This document shows, one piece after another, positions 1 to 13,080 of a stretch of DNA of 64,000 nucleotides. The notes below the pieces were generated by a model. That model worked only from the letters and a program-made list of their open reading frames with translations. It did not search any database and had not been told where the DNA came from. Both the position numbers and the translations under genes were made by a program. Every line of letters starts with the position of its first letter. The stretch's first letter is position 1. Source of the stretch: Bacteroidetes bacterium 2013_40CM_41_45 (GTDB taxonomy: Bacteria; Bacteroidota; Bacteroidia; AKYH767-A; 2013-40CM-41-45); contig NGFH01000002.1 in NCBI GenBank assembly GCA_002215675.1, positions 76,975 to 140,974 on the forward strand, read 5' to 3'.

Positions 1-425
1 AGGATAAAAACAAAATCAAATTATTTGGATTAGTTCAAGGTGATTTTAATAGTGATACTAAAGCATTTATTTTGGATTATTCAAATTATCTGGATACGAT
101 ATGCGGACACGGAGAAGGACAAAAAAAATTTCGTTTATTATCTGGACTCAGGATAATTTTTACAGTCCGAGAGTGGAAACTGAACGCGGGAATTGACGGT
201 TTAGAAAAAATTGCAGCAGCCAAAGAATTAAATTTTTCTGAAAGTTCTCTTAAAATAAAAACTATTGGATGGGGTCAAAATGACGCTGCAATAGATCAGC
301 TAGTATCAGTTCTTCAACAAGTAAGCGTTAAAAATTACGCGGATGCTAGCAAAGCCTTAATTGATTTAATGAAAATATATAAAACTGCAACAAATATAAA
401 ACCTGAGGTTATTCCTATTCTTTAA
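1..425 (+). CDS. C-terminal part of a hypothetical protein; the reading frame is open back to the window edge, so the gene starts upstream of nt 1 (listed ORF 72..425 begins at an internal TTG)
   Basis: In the frame of 72..425 there is no stop codon back to nt 3 (DKNKIKLFGLVQGDFNSDTKAFILDYSNY...). A terminator-like hairpin follows the stop. Confidence 0.45.
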   Translation, partial: DKNKIKLFGLVQGDFNSDTKAFILDYSNYLDTICGHGEGQKKFRLLSGLRIIFTVREWKLNAGIDGLEKIAAAKELNFSESSLKIKTIGWGQNDAAIDQLVSVLQQVSVKNYADASKALIDLMKIYKTATNIKPEVIPIL

Positions 426-476
426 AGTTGCTAAGCTATCTGGTAAATAAATAAGCGAATGAGGATTAAGCATTAA

Positions 477-572
477 GCCTACGCTCTGCGTGGGCTTTTG
501 TTTATCTTGTTCGTGGGCATACCAGTGCCTCTCAAGCGGATAACTCAGAATGTCCCACACGGATTTTTTTTA
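477..572 (-). repeat. Structured intergenic repeat element, copy 1; its reverse complement matches 53182..53275
   Basis: Shared blocks with copy 2: gtgggacatt, gaggcactggtatgcccac, caaaagcccacgca, and an A/T run at one end. Internal inverted repeats cgtggg/cccacg. Confidence 0.5.
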
Positions 573-796
573 TATCAACTATAAAATTCAATTCAATGAA
601 TAAGTTTTTTTCTGGACCTTTTAGCGTTTTAAAAAAGTGATTCACAAATTATCAACATATCATTTACAGAACGTCATTTTGTCTAATGTTGCAATAATTA
701 CAAATACGCTCACCTGACGATTCCTTACTCTCATCCCTCTAATCTCCCCTTAGACGTAATAGCTATGATTGGTAAAACAAAAAGCGTTAGTTTTGA

Positions 797-2518
<1,722 letters not shown>

Positions 2519-2564
2519 AATCTAGTTATACTCTTAATTATTTAACCTTTTAAATTACCTGACC

Positions 2565-5500
2565 ATGAAAATCTTTAAAGCCTTAACTTTATTATTGCTG
2601 TGCTTTCAATTAGCAAACTCCCAAACTATAGTTGAAGTCACAACTCCTGACATTCGATTTTGCGCAATCAATAATTGTGAGCTCGAAGTACAAAATAGTA
2701 GTAGTTCTTCCGTAACTTTTACTTTAGAGATAGATTTAGATGCATACCCTTATCCTTCAGCGCCAAGCGGCAAAGTAAAATTTGATACTCCCGCTTCCTT
2801 TTTTTTAACCTGCGCTGGATTGGGTATTCCTTCATTCAATCCTGCCCGAACTATTGCAACAGTTAGTATAAATCTTGCTCCAACTTCCACTTGTACCCTT
2901 TCTTATCGTGTGATTCCCACGACTTTGGCTATAAGCAGTCCTAATAATTTAAGAAATACATATGAAATAAATACCGTTAATGTATCGGCATCAGAAATTT
3001 TTTACAATGCTTTATTTCCAACAAATCAAATTATCTGTTCAAACCCAATCGCTAACGATGCTCATTTTATAGGCGAGATCTTCATGCGTGAATTACAGTT
3101 TACGAATACGAGCGCATCAGAGATAATGGACAAACCAATTAAGTTTACCGATACGAGAAGCAGTCTTGACAACCCCACCTGTATTCAAGTAACCGGAGTT
3201 AATTATTGGGATAATACATCTTCGAGTTGGCTACCCCTCTCCATGACAATAAATCCTTCTCCAAACAACCAAAACTTTAATGATTTTACTTTAACCGCAG
3301 CCGATATTAGTACAATTGCAACGGCAGAGCAATTATCTGGTAATGTATTTGGACCTGCGAGTTCTATAAGACTACAATTGGTTTATGAAGTTACCTGTTG
3401 CTTTACCAGCTTAATTACGTCTAGTTTTATGGCAACCTGGGCTTGCAATGTATCAGACCCAGCCATATATCAATATGGACCAGTGTCTAATTTTCCATCT
3501 TCCTGTAATTCCAATACTAGTTTAACTCTCCAAACAAATCCCGTTTTCGGGATACCTGATTTGGATGTTACAAGTTCTAGTATTGATAATAATTTTTGTT
3601 ATGGAATTGATCATACTGCAGATGCTACCGTAACAATAACTAACAATGGAACTGGACAAGCATCAAATATTGCATTTAATATTGATCAAGGTTCGAATAG
3701 TTTTACGCACATTATAGAATCTTTTCAGATTTCTTACAATGGAGGCCCTGCAAGTTCTATTACTCCAACTTTCCAAAGTGCCGCATATAGCAATGCTTGT
3801 GATGCTCCTGGAACGCACCACACTCGAATGGAATTTGCAATTCAAGCATTAAATGCGGGCGAGTATGCAACTTTGACGTGGCAAGACAGAACGTGCGCTC
3901 CAGCTGCAACCTGCCCAAGCGGTTCGCGTCTTAAAGATTCGTGGGGATACAAATTAAGCTTTGAGGATGATTGCGGAACTACATATCCGCCTTCAGCTAA
4001 TTATAGTAACTTGTTTAACGTCCAGAATCTTGGAAGTATGGTTACAGAATATAACGGCTTGTCGGATATAGACGATAACGTAGTTAACACTGCTTCCATT
4101 GATTTAAGTTCTGTTGCGGGTTTATGGCCAGCGGCTGATGAATCTACTAATAACAGGAGACTTGCTGTCGAAATTACATTGACCAACGATTTGATTTTTG
4201 AGCCAGCGTGTCCAATATCAAATAGCACCGGAACAATTCAGCTCTATTTATTTCCTAACTCAGTGTTCAATAACTCTAATATCTGTGTGACGGCTTCTCC
4301 TTATTCGCCTAGCAGTGTAACGGTGGTTTTCCCTTCTCCACCCCCGTGTTCAACGGGGACTTCAAAGACAATCCGTGCAGAATTTGAAATTGATAATTTC
4401 GGAACATGTAGTTTTGGTAACACGCTCAATGGCTTACACAATGCAAAATTGACATTTACATACAAAGGATTATGCGGACAGCCATTTCCTTTGTCAATGG
4501 ACCATATTACTGTACATGTGTTTTTTGTTCCAGACCAATCCTGTACTAATCCTGCAGATTTATTAGTTGGCTGCACAAATGCAGATGTCGGATTGCATTG
4601 TCCCGGTTGCATAAGAAAGGGTCTTCACAGCTTAGGTTATAGCATTCAAAGGGGACCCAACTCGTATGGCTGGCAGGATTGTGATAATGATAATTGGTGG
4701 GATCCTGATAACTCTTCAGGAAATGTACCAAAGGTCATTGATGCAGTTTACCGAGCAGCACATCCTTTTATAAAGACAAAGAGGGCAATGGTGGGTGATT
4801 TAATAGAAGGAGTTTTAACCACCAAGGTAGAGAATAATAGTAATTATGGACCAGTAAACACATCTTTGACTTTTACACATGCTTATTGGAAATCTGAATT
4901 TTCTCAGGGCGATGGAAATTTAACCCCTGTTGAATGTGAGATAGTTTTTACTCATCCTACTGACCCAATCTTTTCGCCTGGGCCGGTGACAATTATTATT
5001 CCCGCTACCGATTTCAATCCACAATCTTCATCTCCTGCAATAACATATAACATTGATTTCAGCATTAGCAGATGTAGTACGTTATTCAACCCTGCTTTAA
5101 ACCCCGGGTATTCATCCTTCCCAATTACCGATTTTATCGACAAGTTAGAGATTAAATTGATTCACAGATTTAGAGTTACTGGGAATGTGGGAACTACTAA
5201 TTTGCCATGTAACGTAACTAACACGGCATACCTTGGCTTAACTGCTGAAAGTGCAGGTTTTAATTTTTTAGATGATCCTGATAGTCCTACTAATCAAGTT
5301 CCAGCAATAACAACTCCGCCTGATCCACATCCACTCGACTATGACGCTTACTGTGCTAATCCAAACGGATTTCCTCCTTGCACTGATTTACAATGGTATT
5401 GTACACATTATAATGGCACGTTTACGTTGATTGGTTACGTGTTTCTTCCTTGGAGTGTGTCATCAGGCAGTGGCACCTACGATGTAGCATGTGGTCACCC

Positions 5501-8500
5501 TTCGGTATCCATGGATTCTCGTATCATGGTTGGTGAACCCGGTGCTTTGCTTACAGGTAGAAATCCATTTCCTTATGAGTATAGGCAATGGGTAAATTAT
5601 CATCAACTCGTATATGGAATACCATCGGGTTATGTCCCATTAGGCTGGGTTTATCCAGGTCCTGATTGGAATTCTGGTAGAGCTTGGTACCATCAATTTT
5701 ACAATTCAACCGGACCTACATCTGTTTTAGGAGTTCCTCTAGTTGTGGTAAGCTCGACAACAGCAACTATTAACTTTGATGCAACTAATTATCAACCAGG
5801 ATCTGATGATAATGGGCCTTGCGGTATTCTGTCAAACGGAACGGCACAGATTTTAAGACCTGATGATGATTTTTTCAATCAAGTAAAATATCAATTCTCT
5901 CCTGGATGCGATGCACCAGCCAGTACTACATCTACTTTCTACCAAGAAATGGATTTTATACCTTCCGGATTGCCTGCTGCACAAGGAGGACCAATGGGAA
6001 TTACTGCTAATATTGATTTTGCGACTGACAATCCTCAAATTACACCTAGCGGTACAACTTGGTCTGGCACAAGAAATTTGACGTACAACTTCGTTAATAA
6101 CCGTCCATTATTACAAGTGACGGGGGTGCCTACACCACCTGCACACTTCACAGCCTATCATCAGCAAGAGTGTATGACCTTCAATGTAGAAAACACAAAT
6201 TCAGGTCCAAACGCTGATGCAACACATGCATGGGTTGCATTTAATGTACCTTCTTCTCCTCAATGCGTTACCATAACTAGCATAGAGGTAGACAATGTTG
6301 TTTATCCGAATCCTACCGCGAATCAGCTTTACTATTTTTCAGGAGTATTTGAAAATAGTCAATCACGGCAAGTAACCATCTGTTTTACATACGACTGTAC
6401 CGTAAATTGCAATGCGAACAGGTATATTAATATTCTTACTGGGTGGGATTGCCGGAGAAGTGACGAGTCTGTACCACCTATTCTTACTGCGAATGACTAT
6501 ACTACTGTTACCACTTGTACTCCTACCACAAGACAGGTTCTAATTGATGGTGCAGACGCTCAATTTCAGGCGTCTCTTACCTGTCTGACACCACATCCTG
6601 CAGTTTGCAGCTCTGTTGATTATGAGCTTCAGGTTTCAAGTACATCATTTGGTGCACTCAATAGTATCGTTGTCACTGTAACTCTCCCTTGCTCAACAAT
6701 GGTTTATAATTCTACTGCAGGTAGCAGCTTTATTTTTAATGGTAATACGGATACGGGGCCCAATGCTCAACCGGTAGTGACGCCAGGAGTTCCCCAGATA
6801 CTGACATGGGCTATTAATAATGCCAACACTTACATTGCACAAAACGGACTTGAAGGACTATTGTATCCATCGGTCGGTAATAAATATTTCTTTAAGATTC
6901 GATTCAGCGTAAATACGGGATGCGCTCTGTGTTATCAAAATCGCTCCACAGTTCAGGTTGATTACAATACGAATTGTAACGTGCCGGGTCTTTGGACTAG
7001 AAATTTCAATCCTTTGCTCGAGCAAGGTTCTCCCTTCAATGATCTGAGCGTTACGCTTGGTTCTGGAAGCTACGATTTTTGTGCTAATGCAATTCCGGTA
7101 ACCGTAACTCTTACAAACAACAACAGCAACACATTGCAAAATAATAATTTCCTTGAAGTTACTATTCCTACTGGTTATACAGCAGACGGATTTAGTATAA
7201 CACCAACGTTGATTTTCGGACAAATGATAAGATGGAATTTAACATCTCTTTCAGCTATTACATTCAATGCTCACCCTGATGATTGTGGTCCTGAGAATAT
7301 TATTGCTAATATTTATGCTCGTGGCGAATACGCTTGCACTCCCACGAGTTGCCATATCGATGAACTGGAAAGTACATTTACGTTGCCTGTAACTCCGACA
7401 GCTCCAAGTATAAACATTACTAACTGTCCTTCTCAAGCTTTACTATGTAATGACCAGCCATACCAGTTCAACTCGGATGCTACTTGCGGATTTTATTCCT
7501 GGGACTTTGGAGACGGTTCTCCTTTAGCGACAATAGCAGCACCTAGCCATGTATACACTTCTGCCGGATCATATACAGTTACCTTGACAGTAAGCGGAAA
7601 TGCCTCTGGTGGTGGATGTACATCAACTGCTACATGTGTAGTAACTGTTGATTGTCCAGATAAGAACTGCGGATACTTTTGTACATACGAAAATACATTA
7701 TACTGTCACGGGACTCCTTGTACTAGCAACAGCAACTTCAGCATAAATCAATACGCTACATGGTGGTTAATGACCGCACCGCATTTCCAAAATGCTTTTC
7801 CTGCACCAAATTATTTAGTTATAGGCTGTCCAACTCATCATATAACTTTTAACAACGCAACTTCTGTTAGGTGTTTTCTTAAAAATTGCGGAAGCCCCTC
7901 AATTACTACGTGTGTTCCGTTATTTTTCCCGACCTATTTAAACCCTTCCTGCACTAGTTGCCCATCAGCTTGTTGTACAAACAGTGCGGTAAGTAATTCT
8001 TTAGTTCGCGAGGTAACGACACTTTCTCTAACGGTCAACTTTGATCTTGCGGACGATAATTTCAATCCTCTTACGCTCTATCATTTTGCCTTTTTACATT
8101 TAACTGGTGTACCGATCACCGATTTCTTTTATAACTGGCAAGTGTCAGACATACTAACATATTCCAATGATTACATTGGGAGTTGTTCCCCTTTGCCAAT
8201 CGGCTACAGTCAGGTAAATTTCAAAAACCTAATTCAGGCAATTAATGGTAGCCATAATAATTGTGCTGATAATGGCAATCAAAATGGACATCCTCATTTG
8301 TTTGATTGCGATGATGGAAACCGTTCTTTAAGTGCTCAAATTAATCCTGAAGATGGCTCTTGCTTGAATGATAATACAGCTATGATGACTGCTTGGGCAG
8401 TCGGTGGAACTCCACCTTTCAGTTACCTATGGAGTAATGGAAGTAGCTCTTACTTTATAGATAATCTTGCGGATGGAAAATATACAGTAACAATAACAGA

Positions 8501-11240
8501 TGCTAATAATGAAACTGCGACAGCTGAATCTTTTGTAAAAAGCTCTTCAAACATTTGTTGTAACGTCAGTGGAAATCCTTTCCCTCGCTTTCCTGATAAT
8601 ACAAATGTTCTTCCATCCACAGGGTATGATGTTAATTTCTTGCCAGCTGAAACAGTTGACTTTGAAGAGTCAATGACGTTGAGTGGTAATACACTTAATA
8701 TCATGGAAGGAGTTCAGTTTGTTGTAAAGGATGGTACCACTTTGGAATTGGATAATTGCGTGCTAAGTGCATGTGGCAGCATGTGGAAGGGAATTGTAGT
8801 TGAGTCTGGAGGAGTATTAATCCTCAAGAATTCAACCATTAAAGATGCCGAACGCGGAATTTATGGAGAGGATGGTTCCAAAATTTATGTTTACACAAGT
8901 CAGTTTGAAAATAATGTTGTAGGTATTGAAACCCCTGTGAATTCTGGTGGTACGTTCAACAGCATAGATTTCGTAATTGCAGGTATAACATTTGACTTCA
9001 GTGGAGCACTGCATGATGCATATCCAGGACAAGTTCCATTTGGCACAAAACCCAAAGCGGGAATCATCTTTAATAACATGATAGGTGCAATTGGTGATGA
9101 TGGTTATCCAGAAAATACTTTTTCTGATATGAACTGTGGTATTATCTCATACGCTTCTGTACTCAAAGTGACAAATAGTAAATTCCTGGAAATCCATAAT
9201 GAATATTTTTATTCAGGACAATTCATGGGTAGTGGAATTGCAGCAATTGGAGGTGACAAAGGATCATACTCGATTGAAGTTTACCCGTATCTGCTCCAAA
9301 ATCCTACAAGTCCGACCTTTAAATTATGCGATTATGGAGTTTACGGTGATAATAATATAAACGTAACCGTCACTGGATGTTCCATGTATTCAATGAATCA
9401 TGGTATTTATATTCAAAAATGCCAACTATCGAACCAAGTGGTTCTCAAAGAGAATGATATTTCGGCAACAAACATGGGAATACAGTTTTATGCAAACGAA
9501 GGTGCGGATTTATTATATGCGGGATACAACAATGTCGAAACGACGGATCTAAAAGGAGAATGCATAATTGCATATGAATCTGGATCAGGAAAAAATCACC
9601 TCGTTGTAGAAGAGAACACTTTAAGTTGCAATGGCTCTTCTTACGGAATAGATTTAATCGGTTGTTATTCTTCCACAGTTTATCATAACACAATTGATGA
9701 AGTTACAACGGCTATAAAAAACTTCACTGGTATTAGCATATCAGCTTGTAATGAACCTAATGTTTCATGTAATATCATTAACGGGTTAACTACGACCGAT
9801 CAGTTTTTAACATACGGAATCAAAGTAAATGTAACGGACAATGCAATTTTACACTGTAACAGCACAAACCTTACAACCTATGGAATTGCTTTCCAAGGTC
9901 CCTGTGTAACTGTAGATAATGTTAAAGACAATGAAATGAATGAACATTATGAAGGATTACATTTGAATAGCAATGCAATTATAGGTAAGCAGAATAATGG
10001 TGGTAATCGGTGGATAGGTCCATTCTCAAGTGGTTATGGTGCCAATAATTTGAATTATGCAGGAGGTATAAGCGTAACCGCTTCACTATTTATTGTTCAT
10101 CAAAGCCCAGTAACAGATTTTAATCCTTCAATACCGGCTTACGATGTAACTTGGTTTCAAGTGGACCCTGCAGGAGTGCCGTATTCATGCACATCGAGAA
10201 ATGAATGCCCGGAAAAATCTTCGGAAAAGAGTATGGTCATGAATCCAGAGGTGCTTGATTATTCCATCGCAAATGACGATTCATTGTCTGTGGATTTCAT
10301 TCCGGAAACCAAAAGCATGGGGAGGCAGTTTTTATACAAAAAGTTAACAGACGTGCCGGCATTACTCGACTCAAGTTCAGACCTCAACGATTTCTATTCT
10401 GCCTATTCCAGTTCTTCGGTGCAATCATTACAAGTTGTTCGTGATGGGTTGTTGGATTTTACAGATTATGGCATGAATTTATCTGATAGCTGTAATATAA
10501 TTGACAGCACTATGATTATTATTTCAGACAGTATCGCAGTTCTAGATAGCTTAATGAGTAGTGACACAATAAATGCACCCGCATATGTTGCGCAAAAGAT
10601 GAGTCTTAGGTCACAAGCAAATACACTGCAGGCAAGCATGAATGCAATAAGGGTACAAATGAAATCTGTACTTGAGGGAAAAATTTCGACGACCGATGCC
10701 ATTAATACAAGTGTTTCATCAGCGCAGTTACCAGAAAGCAATGAGCAAATCGTTAATGATATTTACCTGCAAACGGTCGCGCTCGGAAATTATGCTTTCA
10801 GCAGCAGTCAGGTTTCTTCAGTGTTAGAAATTGCCCAGCAATGCCCATACGCGGGAGGAAAAGCTGTTTATCGCGCAAGATCTCTATATAGGTTCATCGA
10901 TGAAACAATTGAATATGATGATGACAGTACTTGTCTTGTATTCGGTATTTACAGAAGGGGAAGCAACCAACCTTCAAGTGAAATTGAAACGGGGAACATA
11001 CTTCTGATTCCGAACCCCGCTAATAACCTTGTCACGGTTGTTTATCAGTCCGCATCAGAAGGGTCGTGTGACTTATACGTTACTGACATAACAGGCAATG
11101 TGATTAAGCAAATCGATATTCCGTGTGATAAAACGCGATTTGAATTTTCTGTAGAGGATATAAAGAACGGACTATACCTCGTTGATGTGCGAAATGAAGG
11201 ACAATCTATTGGACGTAGCAAATTGGCGATAATAAAGTAA
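2565..11240 (+). CDS. Giant (2891 aa) secreted cell-surface protein: Ser/Thr/Asn/Cys-rich N-terminal region, PKD domain, right-handed parallel beta-helix repeats, T9SS C-terminal sorting domain
   Basis: Signal peptide MKIFKALTLLLLCFQLANSQ. PKD-like WDFGDGSPLATIAAPSHVYTSAGSYTVTLTV. Beta-helix-type repeats (NSTIKDAERGIYGEDGSKIYVYTSQFENNVVGIE...). Por/T9SS C-terminal domain (...LIPNPANNLVTVVYQ...GLYLVDVRNEGQSIGRSKLAIIK). Confidence 0.8.
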   Translation: MKIFKALTLLLLCFQLANSQTIVEVTTPDIRFCAINNCELEVQNSSSSSVTFTLEIDLDAYPYPSAPSGKVKFDTPASFFLTCAGLGIPSFNPARTIATVSINLAPTSTCTLSYRVIPTTLAISSPNNLRNTYEINTVNVSASEIFYNALFPTNQIICSNPIANDAHFIGEIFMRELQFTNTSASEIMDKPIKFTDTRSSLDNPTCIQVTGVNYWDNTSSSWLPLSMTINPSPNNQNFNDFTLTAADISTIATAEQLSGNVFGPASSIRLQLVYEVTCCFTSLITSSFMATWACNVSDPAIYQYGPVSNFPSSCNSNTSLTLQTNPVFGIPDLDVTSSSIDNNFCYGIDHTADATVTITNNGTGQASNIAFNIDQGSNSFTHIIESFQISYNGGPASSITPTFQSAAYSNACDAPGTHHTRMEFAIQALNAGEYATLTWQDRTCAPAATCPSGSRLKDSWGYKLSFEDDCGTTYPPSANYSNLFNVQNLGSMVTEYNGLSDIDDNVVNTASIDLSSVAGLWPAADESTNNRRLAVEITLTNDLIFEPACPISNSTGTIQLYLFPNSVFNNSNICVTASPYSPSSVTVVFPSPPPCSTGTSKTIRAEFEIDNFGTCSFGNTLNGLHNAKLTFTYKGLCGQPFPLSMDHITVHVFFVPDQSCTNPADLLVGCTNADVGLHCPGCIRKGLHSLGYSIQRGPNSYGWQDCDNDNWWDPDNSSGNVPKVIDAVYRAAHPFIKTKRAMVGDLIEGVLTTKVENNSNYGPVNTSLTFTHAYWKSEFSQGDGNLTPVECEIVFTHPTDPIFSPGPVTIIIPATDFNPQSSSPAITYNIDFSISRCSTLFNPALNPGYSSFPITDFIDKLEIKLIHRFRVTGNVGTTNLPCNVTNTAYLGLTAESAGFNFLDDPDSPTNQVPAITTPPDPHPLDYDAYCANPNGFPPCTDLQWYCTHYNGTFTLIGYVFLPWSVSSGSGTYDVACGHPSVSMDSRIMVGEPGALLTGRNPFPYEYRQWVNYHQLVYGIPSGYVPLGWVYPGPDWNSGRAWYHQFYNSTGPTSVLGVPLVVVSSTTATINFDATNYQPGSDDNGPCGILSNGTAQILRPDDDFFNQVKYQFSPGCDAPASTTSTFYQEMDFIPSGLPAAQGGPMGITANIDFATDNPQITPSGTTWSGTRNLTYNFVNNRPLLQVTGVPTPPAHFTAYHQQECMTFNVENTNSGPNADATHAWVAFNVPSSPQCVTITSIEVDNVVYPNPTANQLYYFSGVFENSQSRQVTICFTYDCTVNCNANRYINILTGWDCRRSDESVPPILTANDYTTVTTCTPTTRQVLIDGADAQFQASLTCLTPHPAVCSSVDYELQVSSTSFGALNSIVVTVTLPCSTMVYNSTAGSSFIFNGNTDTGPNAQPVVTPGVPQILTWAINNANTYIAQNGLEGLLYPSVGNKYFFKIRFSVNTGCALCYQNRSTVQVDYNTNCNVPGLWTRNFNPLLEQGSPFNDLSVTLGSGSYDFCANAIPVTVTLTNNNSNTLQNNNFLEVTIPTGYTADGFSITPTLIFGQMIRWNLTSLSAITFNAHPDDCGPENIIANIYARGEYACTPTSCHIDELESTFTLPVTPTAPSINITNCPSQALLCNDQPYQFNSDATCGFYSWDFGDGSPLATIAAPSHVYTSAGSYTVTLTVSGNASGGGCTSTATCVVTVDCPDKNCGYFCTYENTLYCHGTPCTSNSNFSINQYATWWLMTAPHFQNAFPAPNYLVIGCPTHHITFNNATSVRCFLKNCGSPSITTCVPLFFPTYLNPSCTSCPSACCTNSAVSNSLVREVTTLSLTVNFDLADDNFNPLTLYHFAFLHLTGVPITDFFYNWQVSDILTYSNDYIGSCSPLPIGYSQVNFKNLIQAINGSHNNCADNGNQNGHPHLFDCDDGNRSLSAQINPEDGSCLNDNTAMMTAWAVGGTPPFSYLWSNGSSSYFIDNLADGKYTVTITDANNETATAESFVKSSSNICCNVSGNPFPRFPDNTNVLPSTGYDVNFLPAETVDFEESMTLSGNTLNIMEGVQFVVKDGTTLELDNCVLSACGSMWKGIVVESGGVLILKNSTIKDAERGIYGEDGSKIYVYTSQFENNVVGIETPVNSGGTFNSIDFVIAGITFDFSGALHDAYPGQVPFGTKPKAGIIFNNMIGAIGDDGYPENTFSDMNCGIISYASVLKVTNSKFLEIHNEYFYSGQFMGSGIAAIGGDKGSYSIEVYPYLLQNPTSPTFKLCDYGVYGDNNINVTVTGCSMYSMNHGIYIQKCQLSNQVVLKENDISATNMGIQFYANEGADLLYAGYNNVETTDLKGECIIAYESGSGKNHLVVEENTLSCNGSSYGIDLIGCYSSTVYHNTIDEVTTAIKNFTGISISACNEPNVSCNIINGLTTTDQFLTYGIKVNVTDNAILHCNSTNLTTYGIAFQGPCVTVDNVKDNEMNEHYEGLHLNSNAIIGKQNNGGNRWIGPFSSGYGANNLNYAGGISVTASLFIVHQSPVTDFNPSIPAYDVTWFQVDPAGVPYSCTSRNECPEKSSEKSMVMNPEVLDYSIANDDSLSVDFIPETKSMGRQFLYKKLTDVPALLDSSSDLNDFYSAYSSSSVQSLQVVRDGLLDFTDYGMNLSDSCNIIDSTMIIISDSIAVLDSLMSSDTINAPAYVAQKMSLRSQANTLQASMNAIRVQMKSVLEGKISTTDAINTSVSSAQLPESNEQIVNDIYLQTVALGNYAFSSSQVSSVLEIAQQCPYAGGKAVYRARSLYRFIDETIEYDDDSTCLVFGIYRRGSNQPSSEIETGNILLIPNPANNLVTVVYQSASEGSCDLYVTDITGNVIKQIDIPCDKTRFEFSVEDIKNGLYLVDVRNEGQSIGRSKLAIIK

Positions 11241-11318
11241 GAGGTTCCGATCTGGGAGAAGGAGAATATTGATTCTTCTTCTCCCATTTTTTACATTTAC
11301 CGAATAATTCTTATTGCT

Positions 11319-13040
11319 ATGTCTGACTATATGAAAAGGAAAATTATTACTATTCTGTTTGTTAGCTTATCATTCAATTCCTTCTCACAAGCGCCAAATT
11401 GGCTCTGGAGTAAAGCATGCGGAAGCACTGGAGATGATTCAGGGTTGTCAATTGCTCTTGATGCTTCCGGCAATATTTACACTACTGGTTACTTTGAAGG
11501 AACTGTTGATTTTGACCCCGGTGTAGGCGTATTTAATTTAACTTCTGCAGGATCGTATGATATTTTTATATCCAAACTAGACCCTTCAGGAAACTTCGCG
11601 TGGGCAAAAAGGATGGGTGGAGTAACTGATGATTGGGGACTGTCCATTGCTCTTGATGCTTCCGGTAATATTTACACTACTGGTTATTTTGGAGGAACCG
11701 CTGATTTCGACCCAGGTGCAGCCATATTTAATTTAACTTCTCTAGGAGCTTATAATATTTTTGTATCAAAGTTAGATCCATCTGGCAATTTCGTTTGGGC
11801 AAAAGGAGTGGGCGGAACGGCTATTGATGCCGGCTATGCCATTTCCTTGGATAGTTCAAATGCGATAAACGTTGCGGGATATTTTACAGGAACCGTAGAC
11901 TTCGACCCAGGTGTTGGAGTGTTTAATTTAAGTTCGGGGAGTAATAATTTTGCTAACGCTTTTATTTTGCGTTTAGATAATGCTGGCAACCTTTTATGGG
12001 CAAAGGCATTTGAAGGAATAAATTATTGTTCCATTTATTCTATGACGCTTGCAGCTGGTAATATTTACACGACTGGGGAGTTCATTGGAACTGTTGATTT
12101 TGATCCGGGGTCAGGAACATTTAATATGTCTTCAGTGGCAAACAATGATATTTTTATTTCAAAAATAGATTCTTCCGGAAATTTCGTATGGGCAAAAAGC
12201 ATCGGTGGTACTGATACCGATGAAGGAATTTCGCTGACTACAGATTTGCATGGAAACGTATATACCACGGGTTACTTCGGAGGAACCGTTGATTTCGATC
12301 CAGCAGCCGGAGTATTTAATTTAACTTCAACAAGTGGCAGTTATGACATATTTATTTCCAAACTTGATACTGCAGGTAATTTCAAATCAGCAAAAATGAT
12401 TGGTGGGATCTATAATGATGTTGGTAAAGCGATTATAACTGATTCCTCCGACAACATTTATATCACAGGTTACTTTTCTGATACTGCAGATTTTGACCCA
12501 GGGATAGGTGTATTTAATTTAATTTCTCAAGCGGGAAGTGCCGATATATTCATTTCAAAATTAGATAGTGCATGTAATTTTTTATGGGCGAAAGCAGTCG
12601 GAGGAATTAATGACGAAGCAAGTCAAGATATAGCATTGAATTCATCGGGCAATACTTTTGTTATAGGATATTTTTACAGCCCATCACTCCTATTTAATAC
12701 AACAACTTTAATTAATACAGACAATCAGGGTAACACTTCTGATATGTTTATTGCAAAGCTTGATAATATAATAACTGGTATTGCAAACCTAAAAAACAAT
12801 GACGGCATATTTATTTACCCAAATCCTGTTTTAGAAAATATTACCGTGGTAAATGGTTTGAGTTATTCGGAGAAAAGTTATTTAACTATTTATAATTCTT
12901 TCGGAGAGAAGATTATTGAACAGGAAATTAAATCTTCAAAAATGAACATTGATTGTAGCCATCAACCATCTGGAATTTATTTCGTCACGATCACCAACCA
13001 AGAAGGAAATAAGATTGTACAGAAAATTATTAAGATGTAA
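11319..13040 (+). CDS. SBBP (beta-propeller) repeat protein with T9SS C-terminal sorting domain; start may be the ATG at 11331 (MKRKIITILF...)
   Basis: About 9 repeats of the SGNIYTTGYFxGTVDFDPGxGVFNLTS...DIFISKLDxSGNFxWAK type. Signal peptide. C-terminal IFIYPNPVLENITVV...GIYFVTITNQEGNKIVQKIIKM. Confidence 0.75.
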   Translation: MSDYMKRKIITILFVSLSFNSFSQAPNWLWSKACGSTGDDSGLSIALDASGNIYTTGYFEGTVDFDPGVGVFNLTSAGSYDIFISKLDPSGNFAWAKRMGGVTDDWGLSIALDASGNIYTTGYFGGTADFDPGAAIFNLTSLGAYNIFVSKLDPSGNFVWAKGVGGTAIDAGYAISLDSSNAINVAGYFTGTVDFDPGVGVFNLSSGSNNFANAFILRLDNAGNLLWAKAFEGINYCSIYSMTLAAGNIYTTGEFIGTVDFDPGSGTFNMSSVANNDIFISKIDSSGNFVWAKSIGGTDTDEGISLTTDLHGNVYTTGYFGGTVDFDPAAGVFNLTSTSGSYDIFISKLDTAGNFKSAKMIGGIYNDVGKAIITDSSDNIYITGYFSDTADFDPGIGVFNLISQAGSADIFISKLDSACNFLWAKAVGGINDEASQDIALNSSGNTFVIGYFYSPSLLFNTTTLINTDNQGNTSDMFIAKLDNIITGIANLKNNDGIFIYPNPVLENITVVNGLSYSEKSYLTIYNSFGEKIIEQEIKSSKMNIDCSHQPSGIYFVTITNQEGNKIVQKIIKM

Positions 13041-13047
13041 AAAATAA

Positions 13048-13080
13048 CAGCCCGATGTAAAAATCGGGCTGTTTAATTTT
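13048..13080. terminator. Bidirectional intrinsic terminator between convergent genes
   Basis: Hairpin cagcccgat-gtaaaaa-atcgggctg, flanked by an A-run on one side and a T-run on the other. Confidence 0.6.
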
